64,000 nt of DNA from Lentisphaeria bacterium (GTDB lineage Bacteria > Verrucomicrobiota > Lentisphaeria > JABSQK01 > JAWLHB01). Shown here piece after piece: positions 1 to 10,310 of this stretch. The notes below the pieces were generated by a model that ran no database searches, was not told the origin of the DNA, and saw only the letters and a program-made list of their open reading frames with translations. The translations under genes were made by a program, and so were the position numbers. The first letter of the stretch is position 1. Each line of letters opens with the position of its first letter. The DNA is taken from the NCBI GenBank assembly GCA_041690595.1, contig JAWLHB010000020.1, forward strand, positions 62,001-126,000. Reading direction: 5' to 3'.

Positions 1-2601
1 TGGCTGATCTGGTCCAGCGAGTTTCCCTACCTGAGTCAGCGCATCACCGAGTATGCCATGAGTGTGCCATGGATGCTGCGCACCTATCATGACTACAATC
101 CACTTGGGCAGGCGATACTGCAGGAAGAGGCCGGACGGTATGAGCGGCTGAAGGCACTGCACGAGATCGTGCGCAGTGAGATGGTGATGGCCGAGCTGAT
201 TCTCCAGGCCAACGAGGATATCCTCAAGGAGTCACGCCTGCGGCTGATCGGCTTCCTGGCGGAGAAGTCGTGGCAGGTGTTGAGTCGTGCCGAGACGACC
301 GACGAGGAGGTCCGTATCCGCCTGGTGCAGCAGCGCCGCGAGCTTATTCAACAGCTTCTGGAGATCGGTACGGTCATTGATGACGAGGCGCTGAGCGAGC
401 TTCTGGCGCCGCTGCGGGAGCTGGCGTCCGCTCAGCTGCCGGACGAGGCGAAGGTGGTGCAGGCGCTGGCCGAGCTGCGTCTGACGCTGCTGACCGGCAG
501 TTGGCTGGATGGCCATCTGGGGGCGGCCGCGCAACGCCTCAGCCGGGAGTGGCCGTGGGCGCGCCTGATGCGACGCGCCGTGGAGATCGGTCTCGAGGAG
601 CGGATGATTGTCACCCTCGACGACTACCTGCGTTTCCGGCAGGATACGCCGGTGCCGGAAGAAGCCGAGCATTTCCTGCTGACCCGCGCTCTGGCGGCGA
701 TGAATACCGGCGATGCCGAGCGCATCGAGTCGGCGGCGAAGGCGCTCGACAGCCATTGGCCGTGGGCGGAGCGTTATGCGTTGCTGGAAGTGGCGCAGCT
801 TCTGCGGCTGCGGCTGCACGAACGGCGGATCGATGCGCAGGTGGGGCGCCGGCTGCCCGAGGATCCCCACTTCGACCGTGCCTGGCAGGAGATTCGCGAG
901 CTGTATCTGACGCTCGAGCGGGGACGGGTGGCTGGCCGTTGGTCGGAGAGTGAAGCACCGGTCGCGGCGGCGCTTGCGGCACTGTCGGCCTACAAGGAGG
1001 CCTTCCTCCCGTGGCAGGCACGCCTGGCTTGGAGAGAGCCGGAATTTGGCACCCGGATGGCGCGCCTGGACGAGGAGCTGGGTGCGTTGATTCGCCTGAT
1101 CGAGCCCCAGGTCGTCACCGGCACGACCGCGGCGCTGGCCGAATGGCCGCGGCTGGCGGAGGATCTGGTGATCGGCATGCGGCTGGAGTTTCCCCGGCTG
1201 ACGGCGGAGCAGGCTGAGTACCGGCGCGAGGTCGAGGAAGGATTGAAGAAGAAGCCGACGCTGACGAAAGTGGAGCAGCAGGACAGCAAGTGGTGGTGGG
1301 CACGTGCCGAACAGGAGCGATACGAGTACACGATCAGGCTGGTCGGTCGTATGCGTGGCGCCTTTACGGCGATCGATCGCCTGCTCGCGCTGCGGGAGTG
1401 GCTCTGGGTACGCGCTCCGGACGGGGCTGCCCTGGAAGAGCTGAAGATGGTGGCGCTGCTGGTCGGTCATTTCGAAGCGATGGACGAAGAGATCTACGAC
1501 CTCACCTGGGCGGCTCACCTCAACCGGCCGGGTGGTCAGTACCCCAACTGGCTGAATCCGATCCACGATTATCTGGGCAAGCTTCGCGACGAGATCCTCC
1601 CCCAGTTCATCGAATGGTACGAGCTGGTGCGCGAGAATCCGACGGCGCTGGCACGGAACGAGCCTTTTCTGGAGGTGACCGCCCGCCGGGCCGCGGCGCC
1701 CCGCTACACGGAATGGCTGCAGGCCCTGAAGGGGCATGTCGACTTCCTCGCCCTGCTTCGCGAACCGCCGGATGAGCCGATGCGCCAGCGCCTCTTGCTG
1801 GAGTACGCGTCCGGTCCGTTGCGCTCCGTCTACTGGGATCGGGTGGCACTGGCGCTCGATGGCTTGAGGGAGAGCGTGGAAGGTGGCCTGCCCGCCGACG
1901 AGGCCCAGCCCTTCGCTGGTTTGCCGCCGGAGCGGATGGCTGCGGCTGCCGCGGCAGGAGCGTACCTGGCGACGATCGTGCCGGCCGGCGATCAGGGGGC
2001 GGAATACGAGATGGTGCAGAAGGTCCTGCGGGATTGGAGCTATTACGCGGGGGAAATGGCACCGGCGAAGGTGGCCTCGCTTCCCGCTGAACGGCGGACC
2101 ATGCTGGTGGAGGATGTGCGGGAATGGCTGGGACGGCTGGAAGGCACCCGCCGCGGTCTCGAAGACTTTCTGCGTGTGCCGCCGCCGAACACGCAGCCGC
2201 GCCGGCGGTGGACAGGGCAGCAGCGCTACGACGTGATGAACGTGCTGGGGCGCCTGCTCCGCTCGGAAGCGCGCTGGACGGAGCGAGTCGCGGAGGCGGA
2301 ACGCTGGACGCTGTCGCAGCGGGCGCAATGGCTGGCGCCGCTTGGCCAGGCCCGCCCCGAAGATGACGATCTTGCCTGGATGGTCAGCCTCACGGAACGC
2401 TTTCGGCGGCAGGGGGCCAGCGTGATTCGCCGCCAGAACCGGGGACTGGGGGATGAGCAGGAAGGACCGAGCGCCCTCCTGCTGAAGATGCCCAAGCACC
2501 TGTACGATGAACTGATGCGCGCCGTTGCCCGGCCTTATCCGAGCCAGTTCAAGGAGCCGGGACTGAGCTACATCAAACGACTCGAGCTGGAGGCGCGATG
2601 A
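1..2601 (+). CDS. Large alpha-helical hypothetical protein, 5'-truncated; first visible gene of the MoxR/vWA operon
   Basis: Frame is open from base 1 through the ATG at 58; Leu/Ala/Glu/Arg-rich helical composition. The C-terminus (PYPSQFKEPGLSYIKRL) resembles the tails of coiled-coil proteins seen in PVC MoxR/vWA clusters. ATGA overlap with the next gene. Confidence 0.75.
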   Translation, partial: WLIWSSEFPYLSQRITEYAMSVPWMLRTYHDYNPLGQAILQEEAGRYERLKALHEIVRSEMVMAELILQANEDILKESRLRLIGFLAEKSWQVLSRAETTDEEVRIRLVQQRRELIQQLLEIGTVIDDEALSELLAPLRELASAQLPDEAKVVQALAELRLTLLTGSWLDGHLGAAAQRLSREWPWARLMRRAVEIGLEERMIVTLDDYLRFRQDTPVPEEAEHFLLTRALAAMNTGDAERIESAAKALDSHWPWAERYALLEVAQLLRLRLHERRIDAQVGRRLPEDPHFDRAWQEIRELYLTLERGRVAGRWSESEAPVAAALAALSAYKEAFLPWQARLAWREPEFGTRMARLDEELGALIRLIEPQVVTGTTAALAEWPRLAEDLVIGMRLEFPRLTAEQAEYRREVEEGLKKKPTLTKVEQQDSKWWWARAEQERYEYTIRLVGRMRGAFTAIDRLLALREWLWVRAPDGAALEELKMVALLVGHFEAMDEEIYDLTWAAHLNRPGGQYPNWLNPIHDYLGKLRDEILPQFIEWYELVRENPTALARNEPFLEVTARRAAAPRYTEWLQALKGHVDFLALLREPPDEPMRQRLLLEYASGPLRSVYWDRVALALDGLRESVEGGLPADEAQPFAGLPPERMAAAAAAGAYLATIVPAGDQGAEYEMVQKVLRDWSYYAGEMAPAKVASLPAERRTMLVEDVREWLGRLEGTRRGLEDFLRVPPPNTQPRRRWTGQQRYDVMNVLGRLLRSEARWTERVAEAERWTLSQRAQWLAPLGQARPEDDDLAWMVSLTERFRRQGASVIRRQNRGLGDEQEGPSALLLKMPKHLYDELMRAVARPYPSQFKEPGLSYIKRLELEAR

Positions 2602-3674
2602 AACTTTGGTCGCTTATCGTCGGGTTGTTGTGTGTGTCGGCGGTCGTGGGCGCGGAGCTGGTGCTGCCGCCTCCACCTCCACGTGCCGCGCTGGAACGCA
2701 GCCTGCGGGAGGCGCTGGCCTACATGCGCCAGGCGCAGAATGAAGATGGTTCCTACGGCGCGCGCCAACGCCGGTTGCAGACGGGGCTGGCCATCCTGGC
2801 TTTCCTCTCTCACGGCGCCATGCCCAGTCAGCCGGAGTCGCCCATTCCCGCCGCAGCCGCCTGGCTGCTCGACAATACCTCCGAGGATGGCTTTCTGGGG
2901 GACAGCGATTACCCGATGGAGAGCAACGCCGTGGCGGCCCTTGCCCTGGCGGAATGCATGGGGATGATCGACGATCCCGTGCTGGCGCGGCGCGTCGCCC
3001 AGCGTGTCGAAGCCGCCCTCGATTACGCGCTCAATCTGCAGGACAAGGCCGTCGGCGCCGACTACTACGGCGGCTGGAAACCCAACCAGAAGGCGAAGGC
3101 GAACGATCGCCGCGTCACCGCCTGGTACCTCTTTTTTCTGCGCAGCATGGAGATGCGCGGCTACGAGGTGCGCCAGCGCGCCCTCGATCGGGCTCTCGAC
3201 TTCATGGAGGGGAGCCAGAAGGTTCCCGACAGCGGCCACCACTTTCCGCGGGAAGATACGGGCGGCTTCAGCTACGATGCGGCCGGACTTCCCGTGGTCA
3301 GCATCACCGCCGCCGGCCTGGCCGTCATGTCCCTCTACGAGCGCGACCGGAACCGCCGCGCGCTGGCCGTCGACTGGCTGGCCCGCAACCGGCCCATCTG
3401 GTATGGCCCCAATTTCTACTACTCCTATTACTTTGCCGCGCGCGGGCTGACCCGGGAACGGCTGCGCAGTGGCGAGATCGCGGCGCGGGAGCGGGCCTTC
3501 GCCAATCGCATCTGGGAGTTGCTGCGCGAGCACCAGAACCCCGACGGTAGTTTTCAGATCCCGCCCGGCAATGCCGAGAATACGCAGGAGATGGGGAAGA
3601 GCTATGCGACCGCGATGGCGGTACTGGTGCTGAATGCCGGCCGCGATCTCATGCCCATCGATGCCACACGCTGA
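2598..3674 (+). CDS. Secreted prenyltransferase/squalene-oxidase-repeat (alpha/alpha toroid) protein
   Basis: Signal peptide; QW-like repeats QNEDGSY, QNPDGSF, GGWK, GGFSY; no DxDD cyclase motif. Confidence 0.8.
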   Translation: MKLWSLIVGLLCVSAVVGAELVLPPPPPRAALERSLREALAYMRQAQNEDGSYGARQRRLQTGLAILAFLSHGAMPSQPESPIPAAAAWLLDNTSEDGFLGDSDYPMESNAVAALALAECMGMIDDPVLARRVAQRVEAALDYALNLQDKAVGADYYGGWKPNQKAKANDRRVTAWYLFFLRSMEMRGYEVRQRALDRALDFMEGSQKVPDSGHHFPREDTGGFSYDAAGLPVVSITAAGLAVMSLYERDRNRRALAVDWLARNRPIWYGPNFYYSYYFAARGLTRERLRSGEIAARERAFANRIWELLREHQNPDGSFQIPPGNAENTQEMGKSYATAMAVLVLNAGRDLMPIDATR

Positions 3675-3705
3675 TTTCCATGCACGACCCAACCAAGGAG
3701 CGAAG

Positions 3706-6288
3706 ATGAAGCGAAGCTGCCGCACCATCATGACCCTGCTGACTGCCCTGATCGCCGCCTCCGGCATCGCCCAGGAGGTGCCGACCGACTGGAGTTGGCG
3801 GGGCGCCGATCTCGCCTTCCCGGAAGGCCGCAACGCCGCCTGGATACCCACCGAAATGCTCCGCCTCTACAAGGTGCAGGAAGACGAGGATGCGCGCGAC
3901 GAGGAGGCCTTGCGCGTCTATGTCGACCAGCGAATCCTGGCGGAAGCCGACATCCCGATCCTGCGTTCGCCCTCCCTGCGGGTGCCCGTGGGCGTCTACC
4001 GGGTGACGGTACGCATGAAGATGACGGGGATGCTCAACGCCATCGGCAATGCCGTGCGCTTCACCTCCGTCGGTCGCCTTCGGCAGCCGGATGTAGGGGG
4101 GCACGAGTCGGTCGCCCTGCGCTATTGGGAGCCAACGCTGCATGGCTATCACTTCATGGACGAGGATCTCTATCAGGAGTTCAGCTACCTGCACGAGGTG
4201 GTCGAGCCCGACTACGTGACGGGTCGTCCCCTGCGCCAGGGCGCAAAGAATCCCTTCGGCGCGCTCTTCGCGAAAGCCGACATGGAGGCCTGGGCGAGGG
4301 GGGAGGGCAACCCGTGGGAGCGGCAGGCCGCGGCGGCTGCCCAGGTCGCGCCGACGGAGCCGGCCCAGATCGAAGCCCTGCGCCAGGGACCGTTGACCGT
4401 CTCCATGGACTTTCTGCAGACGCCAGAACGTGGCTTCGGCCGCATTCAGCCGACGATCCGGCATTTCACCATCGACTGGCTCAAGGTCGAGCGGGTGCCG
4501 GAGCCCGAGCACATCGTGGTGCGCAAGGTCGTGCCGACGAAGCTGTTGATCCATCCCGCGGCGGAGACGGAGTTCCAGGTCTGGCTGCACAATCGCAGCG
4601 GCGAGCCCCGCCAGGGGAGATTGCTGCTGACGGTGCGGAGCGGCTTGAACGACGAGCTGGTCGTGGGCGAGCGGCAGGTCGAGCTGGGGGATCATGCCTA
4701 TGCGGTGGAGAGCTTCACCTGGAGCGCGCCGGACCGGGTGCTGTGGGGGTGCCACGCGGTGGCCGAGCTGCTGGTCGATGGCGACGCCGTCAGCAGCGCG
4801 GAGGATGTTTTTACCGTTCACTGGAACCCGTGGGCGGTCATGAATCTTGGCGGCGCCAATCGCTGGACGAACCCCTACAGCCGCCTCCCCAGCTATCAGA
4901 CCTACATGGAGATGTTCGGCGGGACGCCGGGGGATGGGCTGAAGCCGTGGCCCGACGATCCGAGTGAGCCCTACATCAGCGGCATGAGCGATTTCAAAAC
5001 CCACATGGACGTGCAGAAGATGTTCGTCCAGCACAATCGCTCCGTCGGCGTGGCGAGCTATCTGTACATCCAGCCGGCCAACGGCACCAGTGTCTTTCCG
5101 CAGTTGCTCTACGAGAAGCATCCGGAATGGTTCAGCAGCCCGCTGACCTGGACCGACCAGATCCACGATAACTGGGTGAATGGCATCGCCAATCTGCGCA
5201 AGGCGTGGCATGCCGGCGAAGAGCTGGTCGACCCGCCCGGCCTGTTGCACATCGAGGCGCCGGTCAACTATGCCGTGCCCTACATGTTCGAGAATCTGCT
5301 GGATGGAGCGCTCAAGAACCTGCTGCATGTGGGCTGGGATGGCATCCGCTGGGACGCGGACTTCCCGGTGCGCACCGTCGTCAACAAGCACATTCCCTTC
5401 GGCCCGGGATCTCCCGAAGCGGACCGGCAGATGTCGGCCGCCTTCACGAAGCGCTTCAAGAAGACCGTGCGGGAGGTGCTGCCGGGGTACACGGAGGGAG
5501 CCAACATCGGGACACCCGAGCAGGTCTGGAATCGCAAGTTCGTGGACGATCCCGAGGAGGTGCCGACGGACTACCATGACGCCTTCCTGGCTGACGGGGC
5601 CAGCGCCATGAGCGAGGACTGGATGAGCGCCTACATCTTCACCGATCCCCGCAACATCATCCGCGACTACTACTGGGGCGCGCGCCGGTGCGCGGAGTGG
5701 TGCCGGGAACGGGGCGGCTTCTGGCATTCCTTTCCCCCGGAGCGCGATTCCACCCCCTATTTCACGCAGAGCATGATCTACTACAACCTGCTGATTCCGC
5801 TGGCCGGCGGGAGCTATCCCGGGCGCTACAGCTGCACCCCCGGCAGTGAAACGGGCACCGCCCATTTCGTCACCCGCTTCAGCGAGTTCCTCTACGATCT
5901 GGAGTTGCAGCCTCTGGAGGATGCCTTGGATCGGGTGCGGATCGACGCCGATCAGGAGCTCTGGTACGCCGACGGCACGCGCTGGCGCGATCTGCCGGAT
6001 GGCAGGCGCCGCTACATCATCCCCCTGATCAACCCGCCGACCATCGAGCGCTTCCTGCTCCGCGACCGCTTCAGCGAGCTGCCGGAGCCCTTGCGGGAGC
6101 CCTTTGCCGTCGAGATCGATACGCCCGAGGGCTTCAGTGGCGCGCGCGTTCACATGCTCACGGCCGAGCCGCGCACGGCGGTGGTAGAGTTGGCGGCCGA
6201 GGCCGACGACGAGCTGGTTTACGTGGAAGTGCCCGACCTGACCATCTATCGGGTTCTGGTGGTTGAATTCAGCAAGGAGGCGAACTGA
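3706..6288 (+). CDS. Secreted putative TIM-barrel glycoside hydrolase (GH66/clan-D-like, unclassified), paralogue 1
   Basis: AAGGAG RBS at 3695-3700 before ATG 3706; signal peptide; GWDGIRWD motif; shares motifs with 33775-35763 and 38686-41739. Confidence 0.55.
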   Translation: MKRSCRTIMTLLTALIAASGIAQEVPTDWSWRGADLAFPEGRNAAWIPTEMLRLYKVQEDEDARDEEALRVYVDQRILAEADIPILRSPSLRVPVGVYRVTVRMKMTGMLNAIGNAVRFTSVGRLRQPDVGGHESVALRYWEPTLHGYHFMDEDLYQEFSYLHEVVEPDYVTGRPLRQGAKNPFGALFAKADMEAWARGEGNPWERQAAAAAQVAPTEPAQIEALRQGPLTVSMDFLQTPERGFGRIQPTIRHFTIDWLKVERVPEPEHIVVRKVVPTKLLIHPAAETEFQVWLHNRSGEPRQGRLLLTVRSGLNDELVVGERQVELGDHAYAVESFTWSAPDRVLWGCHAVAELLVDGDAVSSAEDVFTVHWNPWAVMNLGGANRWTNPYSRLPSYQTYMEMFGGTPGDGLKPWPDDPSEPYISGMSDFKTHMDVQKMFVQHNRSVGVASYLYIQPANGTSVFPQLLYEKHPEWFSSPLTWTDQIHDNWVNGIANLRKAWHAGEELVDPPGLLHIEAPVNYAVPYMFENLLDGALKNLLHVGWDGIRWDADFPVRTVVNKHIPFGPGSPEADRQMSAAFTKRFKKTVREVLPGYTEGANIGTPEQVWNRKFVDDPEEVPTDYHDAFLADGASAMSEDWMSAYIFTDPRNIIRDYYWGARRCAEWCRERGGFWHSFPPERDSTPYFTQSMIYYNLLIPLAGGSYPGRYSCTPGSETGTAHFVTRFSEFLYDLELQPLEDALDRVRIDADQELWYADGTRWRDLPDGRRRYIIPLINPPTIERFLLRDRFSELPEPLREPFAVEIDTPEGFSGARVHMLTAEPRTAVVELAAEADDELVYVEVPDLTIYRVLVVEFSKEAN

Positions 6289-8315
6289 TGCAGCGACTGT
6301 CTTACCTGATGACGATCTGGCTGGCGGCCGCGACCCTGGCCATGGCGCAACAGCAGCGGGAAGGGTGTCACGTGGAGGAGATCGTCGACCAGGATGGCGA
6401 CCCGCAGGTGCTGATGGAGAGCGAATGGATCAGCATGCACCTCATGCCCTCGATGCAGAGCATGGTCGTGCGCTTTGTCTTTCGTCCCACCGGCAACGAT
6501 ATCCTCGACGAGGTCAATCCCAAGTTTGTCATGGGGGGCCATGGGCTCCTGCAGGACAACTTCTGGGGCCAGGACTGGCGCTTCAGCGAGTTTCGCAACC
6601 GCTACTACGACTACCAGATCGTGAAGAATACGCCGGAAGAAGTGGCCGTGCGCTTCGAGACGCTCAGCGAGGGCTGGATGCAGAGCGCCGAGAGCGGAAT
6701 CCGCAGCAAGTTGTGGAGCAACATTCGGCTCAAACGTACGGTTCGCCTGCGCAAAGGGGCTCCCTACTTTCTCTTCGACCTCGAGCTGGCGAATGAGGAT
6801 GAGAACAGCAAGCTACCGCTGATGTGGGTGCACAACGGGAGCCTGGTGGACCCGGTGCAGGGGGATTTCGTCTTTCGTCCGAGCACGCGTGGCGTCCGGG
6901 AGATGGGCAAGATCGGTGAGATCAAGCACAGCGAAGGCGATCACTACATCTACGATTTCAATGAAGGGTGGAGTGCCCGCATCGCGCCGGTGCGGAAGGA
7001 GGGGCTGGTCTATCTCATGGACTACGACTACGTGCAGTTCCTCTACAACAGCGGCACCAATACGGCGGAGTGGGTCCACGACAACGTCCTCATTCCACCC
7101 GACCGCCCGTGGAAAGGGCGCACCTACATCCTGCCGGTGGTCGGCCTTTCGCGGGTCGACTTCGCCAGCGAGCATTTCATCATCGCGGTCCACCCGCGGC
7201 GGGAGAAGGGGCAGCTCGAGCTGGTCTATCGGGTCACCGGCAGCTATGAGCAGGTCAAGCGGATCACCTTCAACACGGAGATCGGCTACGACCATTATCT
7301 CGGCGAGGGGATACCGGACGATCCGAAGACCCGCAAGGTGGATCCGGTCATCGTCGAGGGGCTGGGCGTGGCGCCGGTGGAGGGGCGTGTCGTGATCAAC
7401 GATCCGCCGGCCGATCCGCTGCTGCTGACGATCAAGGCGCACATGGAGCTGCCGGACGGCACCATCACGACGCGGCAGTTCCAGGTCTTTCATGTCGGTG
7501 AGTACAAGTTCGGGGCGAACATCCGGCAGGACATGTCGACGCCGGTGGCACGGCTGGATCGCCCGGTGCAGAAGCCGTGGGTGCCGATGCCCAAGGCCAA
7601 CATGCAGGTGAACCGCCAGGGCTGGGATGTCTTTGCGCTGCTGGGCAATCATGCGCGGCTGCTGCAGCTTCGCGAGATCCTCCGCGGCATGGAGGGGGTC
7701 GATCTGGCCGAGGAAGAAGATATCGGCTATACACCCGGCTTTCAGGCGTACGATCTGGGGCTGACGGATTATCCGTACGACTATGAGCGCCTCTTCAACT
7801 ACCGGGTGGTGGTCTGGCACAATTCGCGCCTCGACGTCGGTCGCATGGTGGGCGCTTCGGTGCTCGCCGCCTACTGCGACGCCGGGGGCGGGCTGGTCAT
7901 GACCGGAGGCGACAACACCTTTGCGTGGGAGTACAGCGATCCGGAGAATCCCCTCAACCAGTTCGTGCCGATCAGCGCCAGGCCCGACAACCTCTATCGC
8001 GGGGCGCTCCAGCTCAACAGCCCCGAGAGCAGCCACCCGATCTTCAAGGGGATCGACCTGGAGAATCTGCCATGGGCCTACTGGACTCATGATGTGGAGC
8101 TGAAGGAGGAGGCCGGGGCTCGTGTCCTGATGCGGGTTGGAGACCGGCCCTTCATCGTGGAGAGCAATCGCGGCGACCAGCGGACCCTTGTCGTGCTGGC
8201 CGCCCCCTTCGGGGATCCGGCCGAGTTCGACAATCTGCCGACCTTCTGGAGCTGGTCGCAATGGCCGGCTCTCTTCGCCAATATCGTCCGCTATGCGGGA
8301 CATGATCTGAACTAA
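6288..8315 (+). CDS. Secreted protein: N-terminal galactose-mutarotase-like beta-sandwich plus C-terminal class I glutamine-amidotransferase-like domain
   Basis: Signal peptide; beta-rich N half ([17 protein letters not shown]); C-terminal [26 protein letters not shown] pattern; paralogue of 35765-37690. Confidence 0.6.
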   Translation: MQRLSYLMTIWLAAATLAMAQQQREGCHVEEIVDQDGDPQVLMESEWISMHLMPSMQSMVVRFVFRPTGNDILDEVNPKFVMGGHGLLQDNFWGQDWRFSEFRNRYYDYQIVKNTPEEVAVRFETLSEGWMQSAESGIRSKLWSNIRLKRTVRLRKGAPYFLFDLELANEDENSKLPLMWVHNGSLVDPVQGDFVFRPSTRGVREMGKIGEIKHSEGDHYIYDFNEGWSARIAPVRKEGLVYLMDYDYVQFLYNSGTNTAEWVHDNVLIPPDRPWKGRTYILPVVGLSRVDFASEHFIIAVHPRREKGQLELVYRVTGSYEQVKRITFNTEIGYDHYLGEGIPDDPKTRKVDPVIVEGLGVAPVEGRVVINDPPADPLLLTIKAHMELPDGTITTRQFQVFHVGEYKFGANIRQDMSTPVARLDRPVQKPWVPMPKANMQVNRQGWDVFALLGNHARLLQLREILRGMEGVDLAEEEDIGYTPGFQAYDLGLTDYPYDYERLFNYRVVVWHNSRLDVGRMVGASVLAAYCDAGGGLVMTGGDNTFAWEYSDPENPLNQFVPISARPDNLYRGALQLNSPESSHPIFKGIDLENLPWAYWTHDVELKEEAGARVLMRVGDRPFIVESNRGDQRTLVVLAAPFGDPAEFDNLPTFWSWSQWPALFANIVRYAGHDLN

Positions 8316-8331
8316 CGGGATGAGACAATCC

Positions 8332-9366
8332 ATGAACGAGAATTCCAGCACATCGGCGCCGGCGATAGATGAGGCGCGTTTCGACGAACTGGTCGGCAAG
8401 GTCGGCCAGGTACGAGATGAAGTCGGCAAGGTCATTGTCGGCCAACGGGAAGTGGTCGACCAGCTTCTGATGGCGATCTTTGCGCGGGGGCACTGCCTGA
8501 TGGAAGGGGTGCCCGGCCTGGCCAAGACGCTCCTGGTGAGCACCCTCAGCCAGGTCCTGAACCTTTCCTTCAAGCGCATCCAGTTCACCCCCGATCTGAT
8601 GCCCGGTGACATCACCGGCAGCGAGATCATCCAGGAGACTCCCGAAGGGGGGCGCCGCTTCACCTTCGTCAAGGGACCGATTTTTGCCAACATGGTCCTG
8701 GCGGACGAGATCAACCGGACACCGCCGAAGACGCAGGCTTCGCTGCTCGAAGCGATGCAGGAGCACAGCGTCACCGTCGGCAATACGACCTATCGCCTGC
8801 CGGAGCCCTTCTTCGTGCTGGCGACGCAGAACCCGATCGAACAGGAGGGGACCTACCGGCTGCCTGAAGCGCAGCAGGATCGCTTCATGTTCTTCGTCAA
8901 CGTCGGTTATCCGGAAGCGGCGGAAGAGGTCGAGGTGATGAAGCGGACGACCGGCAACCGCAAGGTGACGCTGGAGCAGGTCATGGACGGCGCGGAGATC
9001 GAGGAATCGCAGAATGTGGTGCGGGCGATCCCCATTGCCGACCACCTGATCGACTATGCAGTGGCCCTGGTGCGTTGCTCGCGTACGGACCGCGGTCAGG
9101 AAGGCGAGTCGCAGGTGCCGGACTTCATCCGCCAGTATCAGCAGTGGGGCGCGGGACCACGAGCGGCCCAGTACCTGATCCTCGGGGCGAAGGCGCGCGC
9201 CTTCATGAACGGCCACACCCACGTCGGCAGGGAAGATATCGACAGCGTCTCGCAGCCAGTGCTGCGCCACCGCATCATCGTCAATTTCGCGGCGGAAGCC
9301 GAAGGGATCACGTCGGCCAAGGTCATTCAGATGATCCTCGACTACGTGCACAACCATCACGCCTGA
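8332..9366 (+). CDS. moxR: MoxR-family AAA+ ATPase
   Basis: [14 protein letters not shown]alker [20 protein letters not shown] Walker [23 protein letters not shown]. Alternative start at 8320. Confidence 0.95.
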   Translation: MNENSSTSAPAIDEARFDELVGKVGQVRDEVGKVIVGQREVVDQLLMAIFARGHCLMEGVPGLAKTLLVSTLSQVLNLSFKRIQFTPDLMPGDITGSEIIQETPEGGRRFTFVKGPIFANMVLADEINRTPPKTQASLLEAMQEHSVTVGNTTYRLPEPFFVLATQNPIEQEGTYRLPEAQQDRFMFFVNVGYPEAAEEVEVMKRTTGNRKVTLEQVMDGAEIEESQNVVRAIPIADHLIDYAVALVRCSRTDRGQEGESQVPDFIRQYQQWGAGPRAAQYLILGAKARAFMNGHTHVGREDIDSVSQPVLRHRIIVNFAAEAEGITSAKVIQMILDYVHNHHA

Positions 9367-9385
9367 CGCAGCGGAGCGGGCCAGC

Positions 9386-10300
9386 ATGCCAGTCACCTCC
9401 TCATCAGATCCGATATCGAGCATCCTCACGGGCGATCTTGTCGACCGCTTGCGGCGGCTGGAGCTTTTCAGCCGCAATCGCGTGGTCGGCAATCGTACCG
9501 GTGACAATGCGAGTCCGCTGCGCGGGTTCAGCAGCGATTTTCTGCAGCATCGGCAGTACTTCGCCGGCGACAGCCTGCGCTACCTGGACTGGCGGGTGCT
9601 GGCGAAGTCGGATCGGCTGGTGGTGAAGCAGTTCGAAGAGCTGACCAATGCGCCGCTTTACGTGCTGCTGGACGGGAGCGGTTCGATGGGGTATGCCGGC
9701 GTGAGCTACAGCAAGCTGGAGTACGCGATTCGCTGCGCCGCCATCCTCTTCTACCTCATGCACCTGCAGCAGGACACCTTTGGCCTCTGGGTCTTCTCCG
9801 AGAAGGTGGCCGACCGGGTGCCGAGCGGCGGCAGTCGCCGTCACCTGCGCCACATCTTCGAGCGGCTGGTCTCCGTGCAGGCGGCGGGAGAGACGAACTT
9901 CGAAGGCTGCCTGCGGCAGGTGGAGATGCAGGCGACGCGCAAGGGGATTGTGGTGGTGCTGAGCGACTTCATGGCGCCGCCCGAGCGGCTGGCGAAAGCG
10001 ATGGGCCGCCTCCGCCTGCGGGGGCACGATCTGCTGGTTTTCCACATTACCGATCCCACCGAGCGCCAGCTCGACTATGTCGACTTCACCCGCTTTCGCG
10101 ACCTGGAGAACGGCGAGGTGCTGGGCGCCGATCCGCTCACCATCGGGGAGGAGTACACGCGCCAGTTCGACCTGCATCAGCTCAAGCTGCGCGAGGAATG
10201 CCTGGCGCACGGGCTGGACTTCGTCGCCCTGCCTGTCAGCGACGATTTCGAAACGCCAATGGGTGATTTTCTGCGCCACCGAATGGAGCTGATGCTGTGA
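9386..10300 (+). CDS. DUF58 family vWA-like protein
   Basis: DFLQHRQYFAGDSLRYLDWR, VKQFEE, LDGSGSM, VVLSDF; directly follows moxR. Confidence 0.92.
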   Translation: MPVTSSSDPISSILTGDLVDRLRRLELFSRNRVVGNRTGDNASPLRGFSSDFLQHRQYFAGDSLRYLDWRVLAKSDRLVVKQFEELTNAPLYVLLDGSGSMGYAGVSYSKLEYAIRCAAILFYLMHLQQDTFGLWVFSEKVADRVPSGGSRRHLRHIFERLVSVQAAGETNFEGCLRQVEMQATRKGIVVVLSDFMAPPERLAKAMGRLRLRGHDLLVFHITDPTERQLDYVDFTRFRDLENGEVLGADPLTIGEEYTRQFDLHQLKLREECLAHGLDFVALPVSDDFETPMGDFLRHRMELML

Positions 10301-10310
10301 GGGTAAATCG

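Noticed and set aside
2598..3674. True squalene-hopene cyclase
   Set aside because: Single toroid of 358 aa, signal peptide, no DxDD motif.
7600..8315. Active glutamine amidotransferase
   Set aside because: No Cys nucleophile elbow or HPE motif visible in any of the GATase-like domains; treated as structural.
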